Origin: Octopus sinensis
Lineage: Eukaryota
Direction: 5' to 3'
NCBI RefSeq assembly: GCF_006345805.1
Contig: NC_042998.1
Coordinates: forward strand, 434,001-498,000
Length of the DNA: 64,000 nt
The stretch's first letter is position 1. Each line of letters begins with the position of its first letter. Shown here piece by piece: positions 12,656-25,552 of the stretch. Position numbers and translations under genes: made by a program. Under the pieces are notes generated by a model. That model was not told the origin of the DNA, did not search any database, and worked only from the letters and a program-made list of their open reading frames with translations.

Positions 12656-13959
12656 CATTATCATTGTCATCGTCATTTAACGTCCATTTTCCATGCTGGC
12701 AAACCAGAGAGCTATCCATGTTCAAATTGTCTGTTTTGGTATGGTTTCTACAGCTGAATGCCCTTCCTAGTGCCAACCACTTTACTGAGTGTACAGGATG
12801 ATTATATATATATATATATAAAATTGTATAAGTGTGTATGCGTGTGTCTATATAAAGATTTATTATTAGCAATGGAAGCAGTCATCATCATCAACATTTA
12901 ACACCCATTTTCCAAGCTGCCATGAGTTGGACAACTTGATAGGAACTGATAAGGCCCGAGGCCACACCAGTTCCACACCAGTTGATTCTGGCTTGGTTTC
13001 TACAGCTGGATGCCCTTCTTAATGCCAACTACTTTACAGAGTGTACTGGATGCCTTTTATGTAACACCACCTCCAGTGCATTTTACGTGGCACTGGCACA
13101 TGGCACCTTGGTTTTAGGATCTCAATTCTGTTGTGGTGGGTATTAGTTGAAGCTTAGCAATCTGAAAACATACTTGTGTATACAAGTGCATATATGTTGA
13201 CAACCTAAACAGTGGTATTCACCTGGAGAGAGTATCTCTTATAGACATATAGTGTTAAAAATACAGCAATGTTATGATCAACATTGGGTGACCTTTGCCT
13301 GCCTTTAACAGATACGCACTGGGGTCGATGTAATCGACTTAATTCCTTTTTTCTGTCCTTGTTTGTCCCCTCTGTGTTTAGCCCCTTGTGGGCAATAAGG
13401 AAATAGATATTTTTTTATGTCTTAACACTATATATCTCTCTGTCAGAATGAATACTGCAGTTTAATAGGCTTTCAACATAGGCACATTTTAAGTATGTAT
13501 GCAGATCACTAAACAAAAACTTATATTTTATACCTATATGTATACCTTCTTCGTTGTATATTATACTATACATGATAATAACTAATAAGGAGTAGCTGCA
13601 AGGTATTTCTTATGCAAATTGGGAAAGCATAAGGCATAAGTAATTGTTCCTGCACCAAATGTAATACCTGAAGGTAGACAACAACAACTGAGTAACAAAA
13701 CACATTTTTTAAATTCTAGCACAAAAAACTAATTCTGCACTGGATGTAACAACAACAACAACATATATAACTTGATTCATACAAAATACACAAGATCACC
13801 AAAAATATTGAAACCACAGTAGCCATCTTTATGCACTGCAGAAAAAGAGAGGAGGGAGAGAGAGAGGGGGGAGAGATAGAGGGGGGGGAGAGAAGGCTAG
13901 TAGCTGTTAACTCTTTTCGCAATAAAGGCCTTCTCCCTCAGACTGTATGATGCTTGTGT

Positions 13960-14292
13960 TCATACTATATTTACAAAGTCAGAAAACAGCACAGCTCCTT
14001 CCATGACATTTTTCGGAAACATTTTTTCAGGCAAAGAGTTGCTGAAGCATGGAACAAACTGCCGGCATCAGTTGTTAGTTGTCGGAGCACTGCATCCTTC
14101 AAAACTTTCATGCTTTCTGAGATTCACCAACACTACACCTGATTTTCTCCCCTCCATACACACGCAAGCATCTATCTGACTCATACACTGTTCACTTCCC
14201 AGACATTTCTACATTACTGTATATGCTTTATACGCACTTTTGACAAGTTGTGGTGCACCTGAGCACTGTACACAATAATTTCATTATTATTT
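13960..14292 (+). mobile_element. CR1-group LINE 3' fragment
   Basis: RKHFFRQRVAEAWNKLPASVV...SFK is a typical CR1 ORF2 C-terminus; 3' UTR ends in (att)n. Confidence 0.8.
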
Positions 14293-14701
14293 TTATGCTG
14301 CATATAAGAGACATAAATGAAGAAGAGTTGTGATTGCCAGAAAGAAACAAAGCAAATATACTGAGAAGTATGTGTAATGTCAGTGTGTATGGATGTAAGA
14401 GCAGAAATGAGCTGAGAGGCAAACAAGGCATCAGGAGAGCCAGATGGAGTGTCTAAGAGGGAAGAGTGTGATAATATGGGCAGGTGATTCAAAGAGGAGG
14501 ATAGCTTCATAATGAAGTGGTGCATCCTCCAAGTTAGTGAAATTTGTGGAAGAGAAAGAGCTAGGGAGATGTAAGACAAAGTGAGGAAAGGTGGCCTGAA
14601 AATGTTGCCTCTTATACAGGAAGTAATAAAAAATCTGTAGTGGTTGGTGATATGCGGTTCAACCCTTGCCAGCATGAAACAAGGGTGCTAATGATGATGA
14701 T

Positions 14702-14912
14702 CATACATACATGCATACACACACATATACATGCATACACACACATACACATACACACACATATACATGCATACACACACATACATACACATACACACAC
14801 ACATATACATGCATACACACGCATACATGCACATACATGCATACACACTTACATGCATACACACATACATGCACATACATGTATACACACACATACATGC
14901 ATTCACATACAC
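14702..14912. repeat. Compound (TACA/CA/TGCA) microsatellite
   Basis: Direct inspection. Confidence 0.95.
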
Positions 14913-14949
14913 ATGGTCATTTCATCATGTTTAACCATTAATCCCTACA

Positions 14950-15135
14950 CATCTTTTCTCTCCATGTTTTTTTTCATTCTCTCTCCAATTTTTCTATTCT
15001 CAGCCGTTTCTGACAAAGAGTATGTGCTTGGAATGTCAGTCACATACTTTTCCATTCTTCCTGAGCATCGAACTAATACACCTGTTCGTTGTTCCCTCAC
15101 CTGTCTTTGTCTTTTGTTTCCTGTAAATTTGATCT
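14950..15135 (+). mobile_element. Short repeat with degenerate hammerhead motif
   Basis: gttt-CTGACAA-agagtatgtgctt-GGAA-tg-TC at 15006-15037; tail ttgttccctcacctgtctttgtc recurs at about 62345. Confidence 0.55.
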
Positions 15136-15151
15136 AATCTAATATGCATTG

Positions 15152-15612
15152 GTGCAGGCATGGCTGTGTGGTAAGAATTTTGCTTCCTAACCACATATCT
15201 CTCAGTTCAATCCAACTGTGTGGGACCTTAGGTAAGAGTCTTCTGCTACAACCCTGGGTCAATCAAAGCTTTATGAGTGGATTCGGTAGACAGAAACTGA
15301 AAGAAGCCTATTATGACTGCGTGTGTGTGTGTGTGTGTGTTACTGTCTCCTTGTCTTGACTTCACATGAGAGTTGTAAATGAGTGTCACCATCATGCTAG
15401 CAGTGTCCTTCATTCTAAAGGTCTTGTGGAAACATGTTCGGTTATGGAGAAATATTGCCTTACTTGGAATCTGCTGAGGATTGCTGATAGGAAGTGCATC
15501 GAACCATAGAAATTTCTCAACAAATTTTCTCTTGAATTCTTATGCAAACATGGAAAAGTGGATGTTAAAACTATGGTGTTGATAATGATGACGATGATGA
15601 TGATGATGATGA
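15152..15612 (+). mobile_element. SINE with type A head, RTE-derived tail and (GAT)n end
   Basis: Same layout as 12237-12655; ends catggaaaagtggatgttaaa...(gat)n. Confidence 0.75.
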
Positions 15613-16316
15613 TTGGTTGTATCAACCCAGCACATTTGAAATCATGTGAAATCTAAAATTTATCACCTTATTCACTGAATTTTAATATTTTTGATTTGTT
15701 TGTTTGTAATACAATTCAATCCATTGAAGAAAGAACTATTAATATTGACTGGAAATCTTAAAAATTGATTTCTATTGATGTTATGGATTTTAAGTTGTTT
15801 TTTTCTAAAACTACAAATATTATGATTTCAGATAGAAAGTAATTAAAGATATTTGAATGTAATTAAAAAGTTGTTTTGGCCTGAAAATTAATTTCAAAAT
15901 TCCTAATTTATTATATAACTGTCGTCATCACCGTTGCTATTTTTATGTCAGCTTAACCATGCTAGTCATATTTTATGGCCAGACGCTCTTCCTGTTGCCA
16001 ACTCTCGCCTTTCTTTGGATATTAATTCAACAGGCTTATGTCAATTGAAAATGCAGAGCCTCAGGATATATCATTTATAGGAGATTTAAACATGGTATTG
16101 ATATTTTGCGCTTTGTCATATGAAGACAAGCAGAATGCAAACATTCTTACACATAGGTATACATATACACACACACAAGCTTCCATACAGTTTCTATCTA
16201 CCAATTTATTCATATGGCATTGGTCAGCCTGAAAACAGAGATGAAAATGCATGTCCAAGATATTACATAATGGGATAGAACCCAAAATCATTAAGTGAAC
16301 TCCATATCCTTGTAAA

Positions 16317-16413
16317 GTGTGAGTGAGTGAGTGAGTGAGTGAGTGAGTGAGTGAGTGAGTGTGAGTGAGTGAGTGAGTGAGTGAGTGAGTGAGTGAGTGA
16401 GTGAGTGAGTGAG

Positions 16414-16492
<79 letters not shown>
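16317..16492. repeat. (GAGT)n-(GA)n microsatellite
   Basis: Direct inspection. Confidence 0.97.
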
Positions 16493-16493
<1 letters not shown>

Positions 16494-16831
16494 GATCTGG
16501 AAATCTAGGCAGTTGCCTTAGGCAGCACTCCTGCAAACACAAATATTTATTTATTCATCAGGGTTCAGACTCATGACTGGGATGAATCATCATCATCATC
16601 ACCATCATTATCCTTTAACATCTGTTTTTGTTACAAGCGTGGGTTGGACAGTTTGACAAGGGTTGGCAAGCTGGAGGGCTGCACCAGGCTCCTGTTGTCT
16701 GTTTTGATATGGTTTCTATGGTTGGATGTCCTTCCTAATGCCAACCCCTTTACAGCATGTAGCTGGGGCTTTTTTATGTAGTGCCAGCATGGATGCTTTT
16801 TACGTGGCACTGACATGGGTGCCTTTTGTGT

Positions 16832-18252
16832 GATGCCAGCATAAGTGCCTTTTATATGGCACAGGCATAGACACTTTCCCACATGGCATTGGCATGAGTG
16901 CTTCCTACCTGATGCCAGCATAATTGCCTTTTATATGGCACAGGCATAGACACTTTCCCACATGGCATTGGCATGAGTGCTTCCTACCTGATGCCAGCAT
17001 AAGTGCCTTTTATATGGCACAGGCATAGACACTTTCCCACATGGCATTGGCATGAGTGCTTCCTACCTGATGCCAGCATAAGTGCCTTTTATATGGCACA
17101 GGCATAGACACTTTCCCACATGGCATTGGCATGAGTGCTTCCTACCTGATGCCAGCATAAGTGCCTTTTATATGGCACAGGCATAGACACTTTCCCACAT
17201 GGCATTGGCATGAGTGCTTCCTACCTGATGCCAGCATAAGTGCCTTTTATATGGCACAGGCATAGACACTTTCCCACATGGCATTGGCATGAGTGCTTCC
17301 TACCTGATGCCAGCATAAGTGCCTTTTATATGGCACAGGCATAGACACTTTCCCACATGGCATTGGCATGAGTGCTTCCTACCTGATGCCAGCATAAGTG
17401 CCTTTTATATGGCACAGGCATAGACACTTTCCACATGGCATTGGCATGAGTGCTTCCTACCTGATGCCAGCATAATTGCCTTTTATATGGCACAGGCATA
17501 GACACTTTCCCACATGGCATTGGCATGAGTGCTTCCTACCTGATGCCAGCATAAGTGCCTTTTATATGGCACAGGCATAGACACTTTCCCACATGGCATT
17601 GGCATGAGTGCTTCCTACCTGATGCCAGCATAAGTGCCTTTTATATGGCACAGGCATAGACACTTTCCCACATGGCATTGGCATGAGTGCTTCCTACCTG
17701 ATGCCAGCATAAGTGCCTTTTATATGGCACAGGCATAGACACTTTCCCACATGGCATTGGCATGAGTGCTTCCTACCTGATGCCAGCATAAGTGCCTTTT
17801 ATATGGCACAGGCATAGACACTTTCCCACATGGCATTGGCATGAGTGCTTCCTACCTGATGCCAGCATAAGTGCCTTTTATATGGCACAGGCATAGACAC
17901 TTTCCCACATGGCATTGGCATGAGTGCTTCCTACCTGATGCCAGCATAAGTGCCTTTTATATGGCACAGGCATAGACACTTTCCCACATGGCATTGGCAT
18001 GAGTGCTTCCTACCTGATGCCAGCATAAGTGCCTTTTATATGGCACAGGCATAGACACTTTCCCACATGGCATTGGCATGAGTGCTTCCTACCTGATGCC
18101 AGCATAAGTGCCTTTTATATGGCACAGGCATAGACACTTTCCCACATGGCATTGGCATGAGTGCTTCCTACCTGATGCCAGCATAAGTGCCTTTTATATG
18201 GCACAGGCATAGACACTTTCCCACATGGCATTGGCATGAGTGCTTCCTACCT
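16832..18252. repeat. 79-bp tandem satellite, 18 near-identical copies
   Basis: Unit gatgccagcataagtgccttttatatggcacaggcatagacactttcccacatggcattggcatgagtgcttcctacct; starts at 16832, 16911 ... 18174; one unit is 78 bp. Confidence 0.97.
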
Positions 18253-18389
18253 GGTGCCAGCATGGGTGTTTTTTTTTCTCTTCCAGGTTTAGCAACTTAT
18301 TATATGGTCTGTCACCCATACATTGTCGAAACAACTGTAAACAATAGAATAAATGTGAAAGCAATACTTCTTCACTTGTTTTCGCCATC

Positions 18390-18875
18390 CAAGTGTGATC
18401 GTTGAAAGAGCGACTAACTGGCTTCCGTGCCAGTGGCACATAAAAGGCACCTTTCGAGTGTGATCGTTACCAGTGTCACCTTACTGGCACTTGTGCCCCG
18501 AGTTAGTAGGGTGCTAAGAGCACCATCTGAGCGTGATCATTGCCAGAGCGGCTAACTGGCTTCCGTGCCGGTGGCACCTAAAAGGCACCATTCGAGTGTG
18601 ATCGTTACCAGCGTCACCTTACTGGCGCTTGTGCTGGTGGCATTCGAGCGAGGTCGTTGCCAGTACCGCCTGACTGGCCCCCGTGCACGTGGCACGTAAA
18701 AGCACCCACTACACTCTCGGAGTGGTTGGCATTAGGAAGTGCATCCAGCTGTAGAAACTCTGCCAGATCAAGATTGGAGCCTGGTGCAACCATCTGGTTT
18801 GCCAGTCCTCAGTCAAATCGTCCAACCCATGCTAGCATGGAAAGCGGATGTTAAATGATGATGATGATGATGATT
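18390..18875 (+). mobile_element. RTE LINE 3' UTR fragment
   Basis: Repeated gtgccggtggcac(g)taaaag motif; terminus ccatgctagcatggaaagcggatgttaaa(tga)n as at 42830-42873. Confidence 0.85.
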
Positions 18876-18912
18876 TTTGTTATATATATATATAACAAAA
18901 ATATGTATAGAG

Positions 18913-19270
18913 AAAATCATGTCTATAATTGTTGAATTCACCACACAATGTGAACAATCATTTCTAATTTTGGATCACTTTGAAAATCTTGTGCTAACAT
19001 ACATTTTTGGATATATGAATTTGAATTATATTTTCTGTATCTGAATATGTTGATATAACAGGAATGATCATCTGCATTGTATGGTGAATTCAACAATTAA
19101 AGATGTAGTTTTTTTTTTTCCATCTTTATTTTTGTTGTCTAGTACTCTGAATTTCTTGAAATTCTTCGAAATAATTTTTGGATCTACTTGGAATTACCTT
19201 GGATGTTTATTCTACTTACATTTATTGGTGCCTGATTGTTTGATATAGTTAATAAATATTTTTCTTATTT
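18913..19270. mobile_element. Fold-back element (about 53-bp inverted arms)
   Basis: Arms 18913-18965 / 19060-19112 (aattgttgaattcacca / tggtgaattcaacaatt), followed by T-rich tail with aataaa. Confidence 0.55.
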
Positions 19271-19274
19271 TTCT

Positions 19275-19845
19275 TAGCCCACCTATGCATGCCTTTCCTC
19301 CCTTGGACACACAAAGACCTGTTGAGGCAAGCGAAGTCGATATCGAACCTCATCCGATGACAGGCATCTATGCCAACCCCCCTTTGCTTGCGAAGACCTG
19401 TTGGGGCAAGTGAAATCGGAATCGAAATTGAACCAATCCTATGACTGGCACCCGGCAGATGCTAGGACCCCTGGACTGGAGATACGTAAAAAGCACCATC
19501 CGAATCGTGGCCGATGCCAGTGCCGCTTCGACTGGCTTCCGTGTCGGTGGCACGTAAAATGCACCATCCAAATTGTGGCCGAAGCCAGTGCCACCTCGAC
19601 TGGCTTCCGTGCAGGTGGCACGTAAAATGCACCAATCCGACCGTGGCCAATGCCAGTGCAGGTGGCACGTAAAAAGCACCCACTACACTCCTCGGAGTGG
19701 TTGGCGTTAGGAAGGGCATCCAGCTGTAGAAACTTTGCCAGATAAGACCGGAGCCTGGTGCAGCCTTCTGGCTTCCCAGATCCCCAGTCGAACCGTCCAA
19801 CCCATGCTAGCATGGAGAACGGACGTTAAACGATGATGATGATGA
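19275..19845 (+). mobile_element. RTE LINE 3' UTR fragment, young
   Basis: High similarity to 42520-42873; CpGs retained; (gat)n tail. Confidence 0.9.
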
Positions 19846-19873
19846 TATATATGCATATGTATGTATATGTGTG

Positions 19874-19904
<31 letters not shown>

Positions 19905-20214
19905 ATATATGTGTGTGTGTGTATACACAAACATTTGATCGCTACAAACAAATTATCTGTGTGGTAGTTTGAAAGAAATTGTTGAACCCTCATACGTCAT
20001 CTCATGACGGGAGAGTTTATCGTATATATATATATATATCTATATGACTAAGGGTACCAGTTAACAGCAGTATTGCTAGGAATAAGAGTCAGAATAACTC
20101 TTAGCCAGGAGAAGTACTTTTAATCCCCTTAGTGATGTTTATATTTCAGCCTTTTGGTTGTAAATTGTGGAATCGCCACCATAACAATTTATATATATAT
20201 CAATAATAATAATA

Positions 20215-20430
20215 ATTGTTTCAAATTTTGCCACAAGGAGAGCAGTTCTGGGGGAGGGGATGAGTCATTTACACCAACCCAAGGTTTCAAACGGTACTTA
20301 TTTTATCAACCCTGAAAGGATGAAAGGCAAAGTCGACTTCAACAGAATTTGAACTCAGAATGGAGTGACAGGCAAAATACCACTAAGCATTTCATCCAGC
20401 ATGCTAACCATTCGGCCAACTTGCCACCTT
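20215..20430 (-). mobile_element. tRNA-derived SINE type D
   Basis: Reverse complement of 62052-62210 (ttctgagttcaaatt...gtcgactttgcctttcatcc). Confidence 0.75.
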
Positions 20431-21125
20431 ATCAATAATAATAATAAGGATTATTACGATATAGCATAGCATTACCTTTAATTCCTTTATAACCTCAAAT
20501 AAACTTACACATGCTTTGCAGATGTGTGTATGCATGTATGGACTAAATTCTGTATACATTTAGACTCACTGTAAAATTCGCCTCATTAGATTAAATACAT
20601 GCAGATATTAATGTTTAGCTTTAGAGACCCCCTGTTTCTTTTCTTTTATAAACTACAACTCCAAACTGTCATAAGGCAATCCTTTCTCTTTTATATGTAA
20701 TTTCATCTCAGCTTTCCATGCTGAAATTAAATCAGGTTGTTGTTTAGCCTCAGGTCAGTTACAACTGAGCACACCTATGATTAATTTCATTCAAGTGCTG
20801 ACCATCCCATCTTTTTATATTCAGGAGTTCATTAAACTATGTTTTATTTTTTCAAGATTGTAGGTGGATATAATTTTGAGGGTATATCAAACAGGTCAAA
20901 GTGACTGTAAAATGGTTGTTTTATTAGCATTGACTAAAGTGTCCCACTCTGCTGTGAATTAAGGGAGCTCACCAAGTATGAAATCTAACAGTATATGTTT
21001 TAATAACTAAATAATACCCATTCTAAAATCATCCGGACTTAACATTTTAACTAGGTTGACTGAAGACAAGACAGTGGGAGGTTAACAATATACATAAAAC
21101 AAAGCTTTGATTTTTTGATTTATTA

Positions 21126-21511
21126 TTTACTCTTTTCCTTGTTTCAGTCATTTGACTGCGGCCATGCTGGAGTGCTACCTTTAGTCGAACAAATTGATCC
21201 CAGGACTTATTCTTTGTAAGCCCAGTACTTATTCTATCGGGCTCTTTTGCCGAACTGCTAAATTACGGGGATGTAAACACACCAGCATCGGTTGTCAAGC
21301 GATGTTGGGATGGCAAACACAGACACACAAACACACACACACACACGTGACTGGCTTCTTTCAGTTTCCGTCTACCAAATCCACTCACAAGTCTTTGGTT
21401 GGCCCGAGGCAATAGTAGAAGACACTTTCCCAAGGTGCCACACAATGGGACTGAACCCGGAACCATGTGGTTGGTAAGCAAGCTACTTACCACACAGCCA
21501 CTCCTGTGCCT
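21126..21511 (-). mobile_element. tRNA-derived SINE type A, full length
   Basis: Complete head-body-(TG)n-tail. Confidence 0.9.
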
Positions 21512-22032
21512 ATTTGCGAACAATAGGTACAAGTGAGACTGAATGGTAAGAAATTTGCTTCTCAATCATGAGGTCCTGGGCAAGTGTCGTCCAAAATAGT
21601 TCTGGGTTGACCAAAGTCTTGTGAGTGGAATTTAAGGCTTTAGAAATCAATACTAATTCCTGACAGAGTATCCTGAAATATAATAATATTCATAATTTTG
21701 TCATGTATACATGTTTTCCCATTTATTTTACATTTATTTTATTTTCTTTGCTGGCATGGATTAGATTAATATATTACTGAGGTATTGCTTTACAACTAGG
21801 TGCCCTTTGTGTTACTAATCCTTGCCTGTATTCTAAATAAGGGATTTCTTATTTTACTTGTTTGGGAAGGCATGAAGTGAGCAGCCAATTTGTTGATGGG
21901 AGAAGTGACAACAGCACTGTTCATACCTTGTAACTTTTGTACACTGAAGAGGAAACAAATGCATGCACATGTGTGTGTGTGTGCGCACTAACACACATAT
22001 ATGTGTGTGTGTGTGTATTCTTTTGTTTTTTT

Positions 22033-22342
22033 TTGTTTCAGTCCTTAGACTGTGGCCATGCTGGAGCACCACCTTGAAGAGTTTTAGTCAAACAAATTGA
22101 CCCCAGGACTTATTTCTTTTAAAGCCTAGTACTTATTCTATTGGTCTCTTTTGCTGAACTGCTAAGTTATGGGGACATAAACACACCAACACTGGTTGTC
22201 AAGCAGTGATGAGGGGACAAACATAGACACAAAGACACACACACACACACATATATATCCACGACGGGCTTCTTTCAATTTCCGTCTATCAAATCCACTC
22301 GCAAGGCTTTGGTTGGCCCAAGGCTATAGTAGAAGACACTTG
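22033..22342 (-). mobile_element. tRNA-derived SINE type A
   Basis: Body and tail match type A. Confidence 0.85.
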
Positions 22343-22376
22343 TGATTTGGAAGCACGCGTCTTACCATGCAGCCAT

Positions 22377-22621
22377 GGGTTGGCCAAAAGTCACCTGACA
22401 GTAAATCAAATCCCATTTAATTCCAAGATTAAAACAAAAAATTATTTTATATGAGATTTTGCTAATAAATAGACAAATGCTGTAAAAAAAAAAATGGTGA
22501 TTTTTAATTCACAGCATTCAATCATCAAACATTCGTATGTAATTGGAATGAATAAATAAAATTGAATATTAAATATTTATGGAATTTTGATTTACTGTCA
22601 GGTGACTTTTGACCAACCCTG
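22377..22621. mobile_element. Tc1/mariner-type MITE
   Basis: About 34-bp TIRs gggttggccaaaagtcacctgacagtaaatcaaa / tttgatttactgtcaggtgacttttgaccaaccc; right end followed by tg-TA. Confidence 0.85.
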
Positions 22622-23241
22622 TATATATTACACATCATACATACATACACACACACACAGAGGCACATGGCAGGCTTCTTTCAGTTTCCATCTACAAAAT
22701 TCACTTACAAGGCTTTGGTCAGCCAGGTTTAATAGTTAAAGAGTTGGCAATACTTGCTCAAGGTGGGCAAGTAGGCAATATGGTGGGACTTAATCTGAAG
22801 CCGTGCGGTTGGGAAGTGAACTTTGTAATTACACAGCCAAATCTGCACCTGAGAACAAATCAAAGCAAACAACAGTTTTCTACATCTTTTAAATTCTTTA
22901 CTTTTCAAAACTTCCCACTCAAAGAATAACAGTAATTCATTGTTTGATTTCCAATGTGCTTTGAAAGTAAAATCACTGAGAAACACTGATCTAAGGCACA
23001 GAAAACTAAAATATGTCTAATTCAAAACTATGACAACACTAAGAAAAGTTTAAGTGTGCATATAACCATAGTGTATGTATATTTTGTGTGTAAATACTGC
23101 AGACAACAAAATTGTTTTTGAAGTCTTAAAATTACAGGATGTAATAGATAAGATATCTGACAGATAAGTTGCATTGTCACAAATTGCGTATGATTAATTA
23201 CAGAGGGTTTGGTAATACAATAAAGCTATATAGGTGATCTG

Positions 23242-23279
<38 letters not shown>

Positions 23280-23947
23280 AAGCAAAATCCTCATTTAGCA
23301 TATTAGCAAGGGTTGTTTATTTCTACAAATTCTGGTGTTTGCCATATAAGTCCTGAAGAAGACATATAAGAAAGCTTACAATTGTTTTTCTTTTTTCCTT
23401 CTGAGCTTGTGACAAATTTAGCTCGACCTATTGTCGGTGTAAGTGTATTTGTATTTCTTTGTCTTGACATCACATGATCGTTGTAAACAAATGCCACCGT
23501 CATACAAGCGGTGTCCATTTCCAATTTTCCATGAAAACATGTCTGACCTTGGTGGGTAAATATTGCTTTGTTTGGAAAGAGAAAAGGGTTTGTGGCAGGA
23601 TGGGCATCCAACTGTAGAAAATCTGCCTCAACAAATGCTGTCTGACCCATGCAAACATGGAAAAGTAGATGCTAAAATGATAAAGATGATGATGATGATG
23701 TTGATACATATATATATATATATATATATTTCAATTGAGCTAGGAGCTTAAAACTCTGGAGTTTCCCTAATGTGTAACAGGTTTCCCAGGCAGGCAAATG
23801 TAGCTATTTTTTCTTTGTCTGAGAAACCAACAGTACCCCAAGGATACCCAGAATAACAGATAAAACAAATTATACAATTGTATTCTACTATCGATTACTT
23901 TATCATGTATTTATTAACAACTACACTCACACACACACACATATGTG

Positions 23948-24292
23948 AAGGCGCATGGCTCTGTGTTTAGAATGTCGGGTTCACAATCATGAGATTGTGA
24001 GTACAATTACGCAGATGGCGCTGTGTGTTGTGTTCTTAAACAAGATACTTTATCTCACGTTACTCCAGTTCGCTCAACAGTAGAAATGAGTTGCAACACC
24101 ACTGGTGCCATGCTGTATCGGCCCCTTTGCCTTTCCCTCGGATAACACCAGTGTTGTGTAGAAGGGAGGCTGGTATGCATGGGCAACTGATGGTCTTCCA
24201 TAAAAAACATCTTTGCTTGGACTTGTTCTTTGGAGGGGAACTTTGTAGGTGTAATCCTATGGTTCTTCATGACTGAAGGGTGTCTTAACCCT
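23948..24292 (+). mobile_element. tRNA-derived SINE type B
   Basis: Head ggcgcatggctc..; body caagatactttatctcacgttactccagtt; copies at 27490-27822 (-) and 52130-52465 (+). Confidence 0.8.
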
Positions 24293-24646
24293 TTTTATGT
24301 ATCCACACATACACACACACATGCACACCTCAAAAGTAAATAGTCACCTTTTGTGTTAAAGATATATTTCTAGAAATGAAAATAATGTTATTTGATGCAT
24401 TTAAATACTTGATCTAGTTAGTAGAAAATGTCTTGTGCAATTTTTAATGATTTAATTTGTTTGAACATTGTACTTATGAGAAATGTACACACAAATAAAA
24501 GTGTTGTCTATGTACTTTTGAGATGTGTGTGTGTGTGTAAGAAATTGAATAGTAATTCGCTTGAACCGGAGTGAAAGAGTAAAGAAATAATGCAGAGATT
24601 TTCTTAAAAAGTGAAGAGAGAATTAATGATATAACAACTCCTTATA

Positions 24647-24810
24647 TTTCGTTTTTGGATTTGGTTTGCAAGATTCTTTATATGAGTTTGTTGCAAGCCG
24701 CAACGAAAATTTTAGGAAAATAAGAATAAGAAATAGGTGGAAATTTTACCAGTGAGTGTGTTAAATTATAAGGCACAAAAAAAAAATGACTCTCCCCAGA
24801 CACAACAGAA
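24647..24810. repeat. Dispersed repeat shared with 28852-28974
   Basis: gttgcaag.cgcaacgaaaattttaggaaaataa...ggcacaaaaa...ctctccccag.cacaacagaa in both. Confidence 0.85.
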
Positions 24811-25225
24811 ACTCCTTATATATTTTGGGTGAATCACCCATCTTCACAAGAAAACAGTAACAAATTAATTGTTACCTGCTAGAAACTGCCTGACTGGCTC
24901 CTGTGGCACATAAAAAGCACCATTGTAGGATTCATTAAATCAAGGTATTTTAAGAATAACAACCCTAAATTAAGGCTGAGATTAGCGTAGCCATGTATAT
25001 ACTCTCTTACTTCTTACCAAAATGAGAAGGTCAACACACATTTCACATCTTGGTATTTTCCAAACAAATTTTAAATTTAAAGTTTTTAATTCACTAAAGA
25101 AAATGTTTTTCTCCATAATGTAATTATATTTTATTCATCAATAAAAAATGCATCTGAAACAGCTGTAGTGAAACTTAACCTATTTGTATGCTTTATATGT
25201 GTGTGTGTATGTGTGTGTGTGTATT

Positions 25226-25552
25226 GATTCTGGGTTCAGTCCCACTGCATGGCACCTTGGGCAAGTGTCTTCAACTATAGCCTCAGGTTGACCAAACCCT
25301 TATGAGTGGATTTGGTAGACGGAAACTGAAAGAAGCCCGTTGTATATATACATATGTGTGTGTGTGTGGGTGTGTGTATGTATGTATGTATTTGTGTCTG
25401 TCTTTGTCTCCCCACCATCACTTGACAACAGATGTTGGTGTGTTTTCGTCCCTGTAACTTGGCAGTTCAGCAAAAGTGACTGATAAAATAAGTACTGGGC
25501 TTACAAAGAATAAGTCCTGAGGTTGATTTGTTTGACTAAAGGCAGTGTTCCA
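25226..25552 (+). mobile_element. tRNA-derived SINE type A
   Basis: Body matches type A. Confidence 0.85.

Noticed and set aside
16832-18252. CRISPR-like array
   Set aside because: Head-to-tail identical units with no unique spacers, no cas genes, eukaryotic context
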